Below, piece by piece: positions 46,875 to 57,969 of a stretch of DNA of 64,000 nt. The position numbers and the translations under genes are program-made. A model generated the notes under the pieces. The model had not been told where the DNA came from. It made no database searches and worked only from the letters and a program-made list of their open reading frames with translations. How positions within the stretch are numbered: position 1 is the first letter of the stretch; every line of letters begins with the position of its first letter. This stretch comes from a virus: UHGV virus genome UHGV-0028991; one strand, given 5' to 3'.

Positions 46875-48949
46875 TGGCATTGCAAACGCCATATTTAATT
46901 GCCCCTGTTGCATTTGATGCAAGCAATGCGCAAGAGATTGAATTCACTGTTCCAGCAGGCGGAGACCAAGTACAGGCTAATAAATTGACGATTCTGAAGC
47001 AATCGGATTTGTCAGAAGTTTATGCCCAAAAGGTCACAACACAGGATTATTCCCATACAATTCCCGCAGGAACATTGACCAATGGAACTGTTTATGTTGC
47101 GTCTGTCAAGACATATAATCTTGCGGGCGAAGAATCAGCCGAATCAAATAAGGTCTTGCTTAGATGCTATTCAACACCGTCATTTAATTTGTCTGTTGAT
47201 TCGACTATTTCAACAAGCCAAGTTAATTTGGTCGTTGAATATGCACAAGACCAAAATGAGCCGTTGACAACTTATCTGTTTAACCTATATGACAGTACGG
47301 GCGTGTTAATTGCTACAAGCAAGACACAATATGCTACATCTGATACAAGCAGAATAACCTATCAATTTACGGGGTTAAGAAGCGGGCAATCTTATTCTGT
47401 TGAATGCTTGGGTGTGACAAAGTATGGAACACAGATTAGCACTGGTAGTCAAACATTCTTTGTGCAATTTATTGAGCCGACTGCATACAAATATTTCTCT
47501 TTGGAAAATGTATGTAAGGGTGGCTATGTTCGCATTCAAAGCAATTTGTCGAGCATTCCGGGCGAAACAAATAAAATTCCGCTTGAATTTGGAGATGGCG
47601 AGTTGACGCTATATCCGAATCAATGGGTCAAATGGAATAAAGGATATGTGTTGCCCGAAGATTGGACATTGCAGATTTGGGGGCATTCATTTGTTTCAAG
47701 CGATACAACACCGATTATTACATGCGCTAATGTCAATGGTGATAAGGTTGAGGTCTATTGGCAAGAGCAAGTTGTGAAGCAACCGCCTTTGCAATGGACT
47801 TGGAATGCAACGCCAACATTTCCTGCACAAGGGACTAATCTTAATTGGGATATAAAATTTCAAGTAAACGGTGTTGAATATACTAAGCTTAATATTCAGC
47901 ACGATGCAGATGGACATAAATATATCGGATATATTAACTCGGCTGGCTCGACATTGGCATATGATACTGGCACATGGAGTGTTACAAGCCGCGATATTTT
48001 ATTTGAAGAAAATCCAAGCGATGATTTGCTTGCTGTTCTAAAAACAATGGCGACAACAACGCAGTCAGAAACAGAAAAGGCTTATAGTTATGCTGTCCTG
48101 AAAGCATGGTCCGCAAAAGCGGTATATCCATATATTATTAAGTCAGAGACAATTGAGAGCGCGTCCGCTGATACAGCCCATTCTATTTGGGTTAAAAAGG
48201 TCGGCGCGTTGTATGATATAAAAATTTTTAACAACCAACAATCAGACACAATATTTGCGTTTCCAGAGATAAATACGCTACAAATAGATGGCGTTTCCAA
48301 TGTAAAAAAAACACAGGCAGAAAATGCGTCGGCTGAGTCAATATTAGAAATAAAAACAGAAACAATGGCGAAGCCGACGCAAGCCATTAAATCAAATGCA
48401 ACATCGACAATCAATATTGATAGCGAGGCGAAAGGAAAATACGCATTAGCGAACAAAACAAATGCCGACGCAGATGTAAATATCGACACAAATGCGCATT
48501 TTATTTCCGTGAAATATTCGCTACCGCAAATGGATTTGTTACTTGATATTAGCACAGAGCAAAAAGCAGTCACTGCGCCGAATATTCACGGTGTTGCCAC
48601 GGCGAAAATTGATGTTGAATCAGAAGCAACGGCGAAGCAAGCCGATGTCAAGAAAGCAAATGCTGTCGGAATTGTTGCAATCGAGTCAGAAGCAACGGCA
48701 AAATTGACAGATTATATGCACGGGGCGGCATCTGCCCTGCTTGATATTAGCAGCAGTTGCAAAGCGTCTGCGGCTGAACCTCACAAAATTTCGCCTGTTG
48801 CATCCCTCAACATTTCTGTAGTTGCTAATGGCGAACAACAAGACCCGAATCCGTGGTATATACAAGACGGCACGAACTTAAAAATCTTGCGCGTATGGAA
48901 TGCGGAGAAAAACGGCAACAATCTAATAATAAGGAACAGCGAGGCATAA
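46874..48949 (+). CDS. large tail fibre/baseplate protein with internal repeats (691 aa)
   Basis: Repeated (I/V)D(S/V)E(A/S)(K/T)AK units. C-terminal motif QDGTNLKILRVWNAEKNGNNLII is shared with the gene at 56703. Confidence 0.45.
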   Translation: MALQTPYLIAPVAFDASNAQEIEFTVPAGGDQVQANKLTILKQSDLSEVYAQKVTTQDYSHTIPAGTLTNGTVYVASVKTYNLAGEESAESNKVLLRCYSTPSFNLSVDSTISTSQVNLVVEYAQDQNEPLTTYLFNLYDSTGVLIATSKTQYATSDTSRITYQFTGLRSGQSYSVECLGVTKYGTQISTGSQTFFVQFIEPTAYKYFSLENVCKGGYVRIQSNLSSIPGETNKIPLEFGDGELTLYPNQWVKWNKGYVLPEDWTLQIWGHSFVSSDTTPIITCANVNGDKVEVYWQEQVVKQPPLQWTWNATPTFPAQGTNLNWDIKFQVNGVEYTKLNIQHDADGHKYIGYINSAGSTLAYDTGTWSVTSRDILFEENPSDDLLAVLKTMATTTQSETEKAYSYAVLKAWSAKAVYPYIIKSETIESASADTAHSIWVKKVGALYDIKIFNNQQSDTIFAFPEINTLQIDGVSNVKKTQAENASAESILEIKTETMAKPTQAIKSNATSTINIDSEAKGKYALANKTNADADVNIDTNAHFISVKYSLPQMDLLLDISTEQKAVTAPNIHGVATAKIDVESEATAKQADVKKANAVGIVAIESEATAKLTDYMHGAASALLDISSSCKASAAEPHKISPVASLNISVVANGEQQDPNPWYIQDGTNLKILRVWNAEKNGNNLIIRNSEA

Positions 48950-48951
48950 TA

Positions 48952-50244
48952 ATGGCAAACATAAAGCTTAAAGACAAGAACGGAACAGACATTGTTTATA
49001 GTGATATTTCAACATTGTCTGTTCCAACAGAAGACGACCTTATTGCAACATTTTATGAAACCGCGCCGCAAAACTTGCAAGAAAGAAGCGTGGACATTGC
49101 GGCAAACGGTTCTTTAACCATTTTGCCCGATGAAGGATATGATGGAATATCCAAAGTAAATGTTACAACATATGTGCCACCGACATTCACAACTTATAAG
49201 TTTCTGTCGCCGATAACAATGCCCGTAAAAGGGACTGAAACTCAGGAACAGTTGCTTACTGCTGGCGGAACAGTAAAAGACGATGCAGTATATGGTGATA
49301 TACGGTTTAAGGACGGCTCTAATGTTCCATTGGTTGCGTTCTTATATGTTGGCGGACATAGCGCGTTTCAAATTACACCAGAGCCAGCAGAAAATTATGG
49401 CATTGTTTTTTACTCATGGCAAGAACTTTCAGCAGAGCAAGCCACAGGATATGGCATACAAGTGGATGCAGGAGTCACCATCCCTGGCGGTTGGAGCGTT
49501 GGAACGATGGGCGAAACAAACATCACAGGATGCACAGCATTTACAGCAAGCGCATCTACAGTACAAATCGCAGATAACGCAAACATATTAAACGACTTTT
49601 TTTCAAAACTGTTTTTGATTAACGCCGCAAGCGACACCACCGTTGATTTACAAATGAGCAATGGGAACCAAGTCATTTCACCCGCATCGGGCGAATACTT
49701 TTCAAAGGTAACTGTCAAAAAGCCGACAACGCTTTCGCCAGAGAACATAAAGAAAGATGTTAATATAGGTGGTGTTGTTGGAACGCTTGCTGGGGGCGGC
49801 GGTGGCGGAAACGCAAATTATACGGAATATGTTTCCGAAAATGGAATTGTTACAGTGCCGTATGATTTATTTGCATCGGTTGTGGGTGGCACAGGTAGCT
49901 CATATCCCAGCTTATTGGCTTCAGGACAGGCTTGTATTTTGGCTGGTGTCCAGCTCGGCGCAAACACAATATGGTTTGCAACAGAGACGTGGAACGTAGA
50001 GGGGGGCGCGTCAACGGGTGCGCCAACGGGTGCAGAATTAGTATATGTATCTGCGCAATTTTCAAGCGATGGGACAATTGTTTTCAATAATAACTCGGTG
50101 TCGTATTTTGTATTGCGCGCGGATGCTGACACAAATAAAACTGTTTTTAGCGTTTCCATTTTGAAGGCAGTTTCACAAGGGAGCGATATAACAGCGGCTG
50201 TATCTGCGGCGCAAACAACACTCAGAATTTATAAAGTAATATAA
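48952..50244 (+). CDS. tail fibre-like protein (about 430 aa)
   Basis: Start MANIKLKDKNG; contains a GYDGISKVNV-type motif common in Firmicutes phage fibre proteins and a poly-Gly stretch. Confidence 0.4.
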   Translation: MANIKLKDKNGTDIVYSDISTLSVPTEDDLIATFYETAPQNLQERSVDIAANGSLTILPDEGYDGISKVNVTTYVPPTFTTYKFLSPITMPVKGTETQEQLLTAGGTVKDDAVYGDIRFKDGSNVPLVAFLYVGGHSAFQITPEPAENYGIVFYSWQELSAEQATGYGIQVDAGVTIPGGWSVGTMGETNITGCTAFTASASTVQIADNANILNDFFSKLFLINAASDTTVDLQMSNGNQVISPASGEYFSKVTVKKPTTLSPENIKKDVNIGGVVGTLAGGGGGGNANYTEYVSENGIVTVPYDLFASVVGGTGSSYPSLLASGQACILAGVQLGANTIWFATETWNVEGGASTGAPTGAELVYVSAQFSSDGTIVFNNNSVSYFVLRADADTNKTVFSVSILKAVSQGSDITAAVSAAQTTLRIYKVI

Positions 50245-50261
50245 CATAAAGGAGAAAAAAC

Positions 50262-50747
50262 ATGGCCACATTTGTAACGGCAACAAATCTTCGTAACATT
50301 CTGTTAAATGCAATCGGCGGCAGAATTGCACTAAACGGGACAAACGGAATCGCCGAGCTGAACGGATATGCATATCTTGCATTGTCAAGCACTGCGCCGT
50401 CATATAGTGCAACAGGCGACATTACGGGAATTACAGAGCCTCCTACAGCGCAGGGATACGAAAGAAAGCTCATTGGGCATAGCACAGAAGCGTCTACTCT
50501 GCTTATGGGGTCAGCGACTAACGGTCAAATGACAAACGCCGAAGAAATTCATTTCAACCAAGCAAAAGAAGCTGCAGATGGCGGAACTGGATGGGGCGCA
50601 GAACTTAAATATTTCGCGATTTACAATGTGAAAACTGGCGGCTCACCGATTCTTGCAGGAGAACTAACGACAGGAATAACTGTCGCTGCTGGATATGTCG
50701 TGATTATCAAAGAGGGGCAGCTTGTTCTTAAAATGAATCCAGTATAA
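50262..50747 (+). CDS. hypothetical tail protein (161 aa)
   Basis: AAGGAG RBS. Confidence 0.3.
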   Translation: MATFVTATNLRNILLNAIGGRIALNGTNGIAELNGYAYLALSSTAPSYSATGDITGITEPPTAQGYERKLIGHSTEASTLLMGSATNGQMTNAEEIHFNQAKEAADGGTGWGAELKYFAIYNVKTGGSPILAGELTTGITVAAGYVVIIKEGQLVLKMNPV

Positions 50748-50802
50748 TAATAAAGTGTCGTAATAATGTTTGCGACGTTTTGTTTAATACTCAAGAAAGG
50801 AG

Positions 50803-51186
50803 TTGGTTGATGTGAATATTACGCTTGATGGCACAAAGGTAACGCAAGACACGCGCAACATTGGCTTTGAAGCAAATAATGGCGTTGATATGATTACTGT
50901 GGCGGTTGATACGGACGAATCATGGAATTACAAGCTCGACATTGATTATGCAAATGAGCAGTGTTGCTGTGGAGACGAGCATTTTAATATTATCAATTTG
51001 CGGCGCAGTGGAAATATTTGTTCGGCATTGCTTACATCTGATATGTTGCCATACAGCGGAAGATATGCCATGCAACTTCGAGGAATCAATAATGACGGTC
51101 GAGTTTATCACAGCGAAATATTCAATGGGTGGGTCAACAACAGCCTCATTGGCGTGTGTAACTGCCAAGAGGAGGCTCGGAGTTAA
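50803..51186 (+). CDS. hypothetical small protein (about 127 aa); start uncertain
   Basis: AAGGAG RBS upstream; Cys-containing. Confidence 0.3.
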   Translation: MVDVNITLDGTKVTQDTRNIGFEANNGVDMITVAVDTDESWNYKLDIDYANEQCCCGDEHFNIINLRRSGNICSALLTSDMLPYSGRYAMQLRGINNDGRVYHSEIFNGWVNNSLIGVCNCQEEARS

Positions 51187-53588
51187 TGGCAAACAACAGC
51201 AAAGCAAGCAACAAAAAGAATTGCAAGAAACCCACTCAAAAGCACTGCGATTGTAACAACGCCCTGCCAAGTGAGTTCTATCAGATAGAGCGGACAATTA
51301 CAGACATCAATAATCATCCGCCTACGCCTGGGACAAACGGCTATTGGATGATATGGAATCCGACAACACGCAAGTATGAAGAAAGCACTGTTCCGTTGCC
51401 TGATGGGACATTGCCTGAAATCAGCGAAGATACCAAGGGTTGGTATTTGACAAATGATGGCAAGAATATCTATTGGGCTGAAGTCCAAGGCGGTGGCGAT
51501 GGTGCAATTACGGCAATCAAAATTAACGGCATTGAGCAACCAATTGTTGATAAAATTGCCGAATTATCCATTGATAAAAACACTGTTGGACTTGGGAATC
51601 TTGACAATGTAAAGCAATATAGTGCAGACAATCCTCCACCATATCCTGTGACAAGCGTAGACGGGCTTACGGGAGATATTGAGACGCAAGCTGTCAAATA
51701 TGCTACGCAAGCATTGACCGACGAGCAGAAACAACAGGCGCGTGAAAATATTGGAGCAGGAACGAGCGATTTTGACGGCAACTATAACAGCCTTATCAAT
51801 CGACCAACGATTCCGACAAAGACATCTGAGCTTGAAAATGACAACGGGTTCATCACAGAAGATGCATTGGCGGATTATGTAAAAACGTCTGACATCCCTG
51901 TAAGTGTTAGTCAACTGACTAATGACGCGGGATATGTGAATAAAGAGCAAGCCGCAAGTGCTGCACCCGTACAGTCTGTCAATAGCAAAACGGGCGTTAT
52001 CGAATTATCTAAGGCGGATATTGGTCTTGGCAATGTAGACAATACATCTGATGAAGATAAGCCCGTGTCTACGGCACAGGCAAACGCTATTGCGCAAGTG
52101 CAAGAAAATCTCGACCAATTATCGAGCAATCTTGCCGATGGCACAACTGTAGTGGCTCGTGCAACTGGCGATGCGGATGGAAACAATATTGCAAACACAT
52201 ATGCTACAAAAGCCGAGCTTGCAGATATTACCGCAGTCCAAATTCGCAACAAAGATGAAGTAATCAACGCCACAAAAGATACTGTTCAGACAGTGGCAAC
52301 GCAATATATTGTTGACAACTATGATCGTCAGCCTAAGAATTGGGATGGATTGATTTTAACCATTACCGACATGGATAATGATAAAATCCTGTATATCTAT
52401 TCTGAGGCAAGTCAGTTGTGGATTAACGCTGGCATTAACGGCGTTGATTTGTCGCAATATGTGGGCGTGTTTAGCCAGTCTTTTACTGACGAAGAAAAGG
52501 CGCAGGCAAGAGCAAACATTGGCGCTGGCACAAGCAATTTCAGCGGCTCTTATGACGATTTAACGGACAAGCCGACAATTCCAGAACAATACGAGTTGCC
52601 TGTCGCGACAGCCGATACGCTGGGCGGGGTTAAAGCCGAGCCAAAGACTGATGATATGACATCTGCCGTTGGCGTCGATGCTGACGGCAATTTGTGGGTT
52701 AAGCCGGGTTCTTCTATCGATACCATTTCTGCCGACAAGGTTATGTTCAGTGGCGACCTTGTATTTACTTACCAGTTTGGCAAGTATGTACCCACTGGTG
52801 GCAAAGTTACAGTTCCAGCGGACAATAAGTCTTGGCTTGATATACTGAACGATGCATACAGCGAAGATAAGAATCCGACCATTACACAACCCACCGTAAC
52901 TGTATCAAGCGCCACTGCTAAGGCATATGAGGTCGGCACAAGTGTCACGCCTGCTTATAGCGCGACATTTAATGCGGGCAAATATGAATATGGTCCGACT
53001 CCGACAGGCGCGGCTATTACCACATGGTCTGTAAGCAACAATGTTACGGCAGAAACAAAAGATGCGCAATCGGGCACATTTGCGGCATATATTGTGCCTG
53101 ATGGTTCGGCATATCGAATTACCGTCAGTGGTACATACAGCGATGGGCAAATTCCTGTCACGGCGCTTAATAAACCGTATACAGCGGGACAGATTAAGGG
53201 CGCAACTAAAACTGCTCAGACGGGCATTATTAGTGGTTATCGCAATAGTTTCTATGGGACATTTGCCGACAAGTCCACAGCAATTAGTAGCGCGTCTATT
53301 CGCGGCTTGGCTCAGAAATCTGGCAAAGCATTGGCAAATGGCAACACATTTACTGTTAATGTGCCTGTTGGTGCAGAGTCTGTTGTAATTGCATATCCAG
53401 CCACATTGCGCAATGTTACATCCATCAAAGATGTAAACGGGCTTAATGCAGACATAACCTCTGCATTTACTGCGTCTACTGTAAATGTTGAAGGCGCGGC
53501 GGGCTACACTGCAATTAACTATAAAGTGTATCGTATTGACTTTGCAAAAGCCAACGATACTGCAAATAAATACACTGTCACTATTTAA
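51186..53588 (+). CDS. tail fibre protein with a duplicated fibre-repeat motif (800 aa)
   Basis: Two copies of AR(E/A)NIGAGTS(D/N)F(D/S)G(N/S)Y(N/D)(S/D)L(I/T)(N/D)(R/K)PTIP, which is the phage tail-fibre repeat. Confidence 0.55.
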   Translation: MANNSKASNKKNCKKPTQKHCDCNNALPSEFYQIERTITDINNHPPTPGTNGYWMIWNPTTRKYEESTVPLPDGTLPEISEDTKGWYLTNDGKNIYWAEVQGGGDGAITAIKINGIEQPIVDKIAELSIDKNTVGLGNLDNVKQYSADNPPPYPVTSVDGLTGDIETQAVKYATQALTDEQKQQARENIGAGTSDFDGNYNSLINRPTIPTKTSELENDNGFITEDALADYVKTSDIPVSVSQLTNDAGYVNKEQAASAAPVQSVNSKTGVIELSKADIGLGNVDNTSDEDKPVSTAQANAIAQVQENLDQLSSNLADGTTVVARATGDADGNNIANTYATKAELADITAVQIRNKDEVINATKDTVQTVATQYIVDNYDRQPKNWDGLILTITDMDNDKILYIYSEASQLWINAGINGVDLSQYVGVFSQSFTDEEKAQARANIGAGTSNFSGSYDDLTDKPTIPEQYELPVATADTLGGVKAEPKTDDMTSAVGVDADGNLWVKPGSSIDTISADKVMFSGDLVFTYQFGKYVPTGGKVTVPADNKSWLDILNDAYSEDKNPTITQPTVTVSSATAKAYEVGTSVTPAYSATFNAGKYEYGPTPTGAAITTWSVSNNVTAETKDAQSGTFAAYIVPDGSAYRITVSGTYSDGQIPVTALNKPYTAGQIKGATKTAQTGIISGYRNSFYGTFADKSTAISSASIRGLAQKSGKALANGNTFTVNVPVGAESVVIAYPATLRNVTSIKDVNGLNADITSAFTASTVNVEGAAGYTAINYKVYRIDFAKANDTANKYTVTI

Positions 53589-53602
53589 GAAAGGAGGTCA
53601 AT

Positions 53603-54055
53603 ATGGCAATTGCAAATCTTCCAAAGCTAAACTTTTCAGTGCCGTTGGCTATGACTGCGGCATTACCTGTTGAATACAATGCGTATTTTAATAGTTATGA
53701 TGAAGCTGTTGCGGCTGCGGCTACGGCTGAAGCGCCTGGCTCGTCCAATACTGTCTATTACTACGGTCAAAAAATTGTAGTTGTAGGCGAAGCATCTGCC
53801 GACCTCTATATCATTCAGCCTGACGGGACATTAAAGCCCACGGGTGGAAGCGGTGACGGCGACAAGACATTTGTGTTTACACAAGCATCCGCTGAGTCTG
53901 TGTGGGAAATTCAGCACAATCTTGACAAATATCCGTCTGTGACTACAGTAGACAGCGCTGACACAGTTGTTGTTGGCGGTGTTGAATATATAGACCTTAA
54001 CAATCTCATTATTACTTTTTCAGCCGCATTTAGCGGTAAAGCATATTTGAACTAA
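53603..54055 (+). CDS. hypothetical tail protein (150 aa)
   Basis: GGAGG RBS. Confidence 0.3.
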   Translation: MAIANLPKLNFSVPLAMTAALPVEYNAYFNSYDEAVAAAATAEAPGSSNTVYYYGQKIVVVGEASADLYIIQPDGTLKPTGGSGDGDKTFVFTQASAESVWEIQHNLDKYPSVTTVDSADTVVVGGVEYIDLNNLIITFSAAFSGKAYLN

Positions 54056-54075
54056 TTTGGAGGGACATATAATTT

Positions 54076-55824
54076 ATGGCTGTTAAATATCTTACTTCCA
54101 TCAATCTTTTGTCAAACGAACTTCAGAACGCTGTAATCCAGCCCCTGAGCACAGCCCCTACTTCCCCGAAGGCGGGTCAGATTTACTACAATAGCGCCGA
54201 CAAGTTTATTTATCGCTATGACGGCGCTACTTGGGGTCCTGTCGGCGTTGTTTACAATCAGGGCAGCTCTACTGGCGCTGTTATTACTGGATTGGATAAC
54301 ACGGGCAAAGTAACTACTACGAATGTTATCGGGCTGACCCTTGCTGGGTACACCCCTGTTGAGGACGGCTATGTATCTGCCGACATGACTGTTGAAGCGG
54401 CGCTGAAGGCTCTTGATCAGGCTGTTAAGAATGCTGTTGCTGGTGGTGGAGAAGTCAACCAGAACGCATTTAGCAATGTGACCGTTAAGAAACAGAGCGA
54501 AGCTGTTACCGCAGTTGCTGGACAGGCGGCTGACGCTACTATTACCGCAACTGCTAAAACCGACACGATTACCATGTCGACTGGCAACAAGTGGGTTGAT
54601 GTGAACGGCACGGGCAAGACCATTACTGTTGGGCATGCTCTGTCTGGCGTGACTGCTGGTGCTACTGGCGATGCAAGCCATGTGGCAAAAGTTACGGTCG
54701 ATGCCGCAGGGCATGTGACCGCCGTTGAGGCTGTGGCCATCACCCCTGCTGCTATTGGTGCTGCGGAACTGGGGCGGACTACGGATGATAAAGATACGCT
54801 GTCTCTGTATGGCGTAAAGGCTCTTGCTACTCAGGCGTCTGCTGATGCTGCTGCTGCCGAGACTCTGGCTGAAGAGAAGGTCGCATCTGTGACAGCTACT
54901 ACCAATGGCGGCATCACTGTCGGCGGCACTACCACCGCTCCCACTGTCGGCATTAAGCTTGACCCCGCAGAGGGCAACATCGCCACGCTGAGCGACGCTG
55001 GTCTGAAGGTTACTGCTCCCACAGTCAATGTGCCCGTATACAGCCTGACGAAAGATGCAACCAGTACTGATTATGCCGCGGTTTACCACCTGACCAAGGA
55101 TGGCGCCAATGTTGGCGAGGCTATCAACATCCCAAAAGACCTGTTTGTTGAAAGCGGCGAGATTGTTGAGAATCCCGCTGGTCAGCCCGAGGGCAAATAC
55201 CTGAAGCTGGTGTTGCAGAACCAGACTGCGCCTGTATATATCAATGTTGCTGACCTTGTTGATGCGTATACGGCTGGCAATGGTATCACCATTAGCGACA
55301 CAAATGAAGTGTCTGCCAAGGTTGTTGCTGGCAATGGCCTGAGCGTCGGTACTGATGGCATTAAGATGGGCGCTGCTTCTGGTACTGCGGACGGTGCTAT
55401 GTCCAGCGCTGATTTCACTAAGCTGGCTGGTATTGATGCTGGCGCTACTGCCAACACTATCACTCTGAATGGCACTGCCACCAAGGCGCCCAGTTTCTAT
55501 GCTCCTACTGCCGCCGGCACCAATGGCCAGTATCTGGCGTCTTCTGGCACTGGTGCGCCTACTTGGCAAGCTCTGCCCGCTGGTCTGAAGAAATACGCCG
55601 CTCAGAATACGGCTCTGACCGCATCTGGTGGCGCTTTCACTTGGACTATCGCTCAAGACACTCATGGCGTTACCACCCCTGTTACCGTTCAGGTGTATGA
55701 GGTCGCCAGTGGCGCTATGGTCATGACCGATGTTACTGTTGCTTCTAATGGCAATGTTACCATTACTATTAACGGCACTGGCACTTTGACAGCTAACACC
55801 TACCGCGTTGTTATTATCGGCTAA
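54076..55824 (+). CDS. tail fibre protein, Ala/Gly/Thr-rich (582 aa)
   Basis: N-terminal KAGQIYYNSADKFIYRYDGATW fibre-type motif; GC-rich low-complexity body; terminator directly after. Confidence 0.5.
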   Translation: MAVKYLTSINLLSNELQNAVIQPLSTAPTSPKAGQIYYNSADKFIYRYDGATWGPVGVVYNQGSSTGAVITGLDNTGKVTTTNVIGLTLAGYTPVEDGYVSADMTVEAALKALDQAVKNAVAGGGEVNQNAFSNVTVKKQSEAVTAVAGQAADATITATAKTDTITMSTGNKWVDVNGTGKTITVGHALSGVTAGATGDASHVAKVTVDAAGHVTAVEAVAITPAAIGAAELGRTTDDKDTLSLYGVKALATQASADAAAAETLAEEKVASVTATTNGGITVGGTTTAPTVGIKLDPAEGNIATLSDAGLKVTAPTVNVPVYSLTKDATSTDYAAVYHLTKDGANVGEAINIPKDLFVESGEIVENPAGQPEGKYLKLVLQNQTAPVYINVADLVDAYTAGNGITISDTNEVSAKVVAGNGLSVGTDGIKMGAASGTADGAMSSADFTKLAGIDAGATANTITLNGTATKAPSFYAPTAAGTNGQYLASSGTGAPTWQALPAGLKKYAAQNTALTASGGAFTWTIAQDTHGVTTPVTVQVYEVASGAMVMTDVTVASNGNVTITINGTGTLTANTYRVVIIG

Positions 55825-55843
55825 TTTAACAAACGATGTTATT

Positions 55844-55881
55844 GCATCCCGTCTCTACAACGGGGCGGGATGCATTTTCTT
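55844..55881 (+). terminator. rho-independent terminator
   Basis: GCATCCCG-loop-CGGGATGC stem followed by ATTTTCTT. Confidence 0.55.
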
Positions 55882-55895
55882 AAACAAGCAAGGAG

Positions 55896-56234
55896 ATGAT
55901 GATTTTGAAAAACTTATCTTTATATGTTGATGCTCTATCAATTCCACGAAAGCAAGATGTTGATGCAAAGCAGGACAAAGTTGTTGTCTCTGGCTTGCTT
56001 AAAGGGGACGGCAATGGAAACATTTCTGCCGCTGTTGCTGGGACAGACTATTTAACAAGCGCCCCCGTTGCAAGTGTAAATAATAAGACAGGCGCTGTTA
56101 CATTATCGGCGTCGGATGTATCTGCTATGTCTGCTGTTGCTGTGACAGCTGCAGACAACGGCAAGTTCTTGCGCGTAGTAGACGGCGTTTGGTCTGCGGC
56201 TACTGTGCCAAATGCAAATGGGGTGAGTTTCTAA
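55896..56234 (+). CDS. hypothetical tail protein (112 aa)
   Basis: AAGGAG RBS. Confidence 0.3.
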   Translation: MMILKNLSLYVDALSIPRKQDVDAKQDKVVVSGLLKGDGNGNISAAVAGTDYLTSAPVASVNNKTGAVTLSASDVSAMSAVAVTAADNGKFLRVVDGVWSAATVPNANGVSF

Positions 56235-56689
56235 TGGCAGAATATTTAGTCAATAGCGTTGACCTTTCGGATGTCGCCTCTGCTATTCGCCAAAAAACTG
56301 GCGGCGTAACTCTCATTTCGTTTCCTGACGAATATATTTCTGGGATTGAGTCTCTCACAAATACCAATGACGCAACCGCAACGGACCTTGATATTCTCGT
56401 GAACAAGACCGCATATTCAAAGGGGCGGAAATTATATGGCTCTTTGCCGAACAACGGCGAGGCAAACATTGAAATATCCGACCTGTCTGCAAAATCGGTC
56501 GCCGAGGGATATTATTCAGGTGGCACCGCAAAAATTGCAGATACTGAATCTGCCAAGATTATCCCAGCAAATATTAGGCAGGGCGTTACTGTACTTGGAG
56601 TTGCAGGAACATTAGAATCTGGCTCTTCCGCATCGTACACAGAATCTATAAATGATGGTGGCGGACTAACCGCTATAATCACTATGTGA
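56235..56689 (+). CDS. hypothetical tail protein (about 151 aa)
   Basis: Start MAEYLVNSVDLSD. Confidence 0.3.
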
Positions 56690-56702
56690 GAGGGGCGATT
56701 AA

Positions 56703-57485
56703 ATGTTATCTTGGACTTGGAAAGACACATTGACATTTACAAACGAGAGCCTAAGCTTTGAAATCGGGTTCACATCGAACGGGCAACATTTCGACAAGCT
56801 GCTTGTTCAGAAGGAAGATGCCGCAAGATATCTCGGATATTGCAATGGCTCCACATGCACTCTCGCATATGATAGTGGGACATGGAACAATACGGCGTTT
56901 AAGAAATTGACATTCGACACTTTGCCGACTAAGGAACTTTGGGCACTCATGGTTTTTCAGGCAACGGCAGACGCCGCGGTCTCTAAGGTTGAAATAAATG
57001 GTGTAACATTGCTCGACATCTCCAAAGACACTGTAACAGCAGACGTTTTAGCAAAAGGATATTCGGCACATGATGCCTCTGGCAAGCGCATAATTGGCAA
57101 ATTAACAGGTAGCAGTGGAGGAGAACGCCCAAAGCTCTACGCGCCAGAAATCAAAATAACTGGCGACACATTAACCATCATTCCTAATACCGACAACGGC
57201 GCTTTTGTAACCGGATATAATTGCTACAAGAGCGTTGATGATGGAGATTTTGAATTGTATAGGGCTATGCCGTCCAACCAGTTAGAGCTCAATTTGACCG
57301 CGGTTGGATTGCCTGAGGGAATTTTTCAATTTAAGGCAACAGCTACCGGAACAAATTTTCAAGACAGTGACGCATCGAATATAGTGAATTATACAAACAT
57401 CTGGTATGCACAAGATGGGACGAACCTAAAAATCTGCCGCGTTCATGGAGCAGAAAAAGTTGGGGACAACCTTATAATAAAGTAG
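56703..57485 (+). CDS. tail fibre-like protein sharing a C-terminal motif with 46874-48949 (260 aa)
   Basis: C-terminus IWYAQDGTNLKICRVHGAEKVGDNLIIK. Confidence 0.4.
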   Translation: MLSWTWKDTLTFTNESLSFEIGFTSNGQHFDKLLVQKEDAARYLGYCNGSTCTLAYDSGTWNNTAFKKLTFDTLPTKELWALMVFQATADAAVSKVEINGVTLLDISKDTVTADVLAKGYSAHDASGKRIIGKLTGSSGGERPKLYAPEIKITGDTLTIIPNTDNGAFVTGYNCYKSVDDGDFELYRAMPSNQLELNLTAVGLPEGIFQFKATATGTNFQDSDASNIVNYTNIWYAQDGTNLKICRVHGAEKVGDNLIIK

Positions 57486-57486
57486 G

Positions 57487-57969
57487 GTGAAACGCAATAA
57501 AATGAAAAGGGTCGTTTTTATAACATGTGTTGTCGTGCTTTTTGCTCTTCTTTTCGGACATATGTATGTCAAATTTTTTCCGCCAACAACAGAACATCCG
57601 AAAACACTTGAAAGATTCCAGCAACTTGTCGGTAAAGAGGAATATACAGAGCTGACAACAGAATACAAGATAAAGTTTATTCCGCATTATCGCGAAGATG
57701 GAGAGATTATACAAAAGCGCAAAGAAATCCGCATCAGAGAATCGACCGAAAAGCGAATGCTTATTGCTCTTTGTCATGAATATGGGCATTATATCGCATT
57801 GAAAAATAATCTTGCGAATGATGCGCAGTATTGGCAAATGTTCAAGGAGAAAGAGCCGATTTTCTACGGCAATTATGATATGACGGAATATGCATATTCG
57901 GATATAAACGAATTTTGCGCGTCATATGTTGGTATGTGGATTTTCAACAATCGAAAAGAGCCTGCTTAA
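57487..57969 (+). CDS. membrane-anchored putative zinc metallopeptidase (HExxH), 160 aa
   Basis: N-terminal transmembrane helix (VVFITCVVVLFALLF) and ALCHEYGHYIA (HExxH motif). Confidence 0.4.
   Translation: MKRNKMKRVVFITCVVVLFALLFGHMYVKFFPPTTEHPKTLERFQQLVGKEEYTELTTEYKIKFIPHYREDGEIIQKRKEIRIRESTEKRMLIALCHEYGHYIALKNNLANDAQYWQMFKEKEPIFYGNYDMTEYAYSDINEFCASYVGMWIFNNRKEPA

Noticed and set aside
54112-55665. 517-aa ORF antisense to the 54076-55824 fibre gene, plus shorter antisense ORFs at 54417-54743, 54831-55028 and 55182-55484
   Set aside because: The sense gene is GC-rich and Ala/Gly/Thr-rich, so the opposite strand lacks stop codons by chance. The antisense products have no RBS and are low-complexity Ser/Arg-rich.
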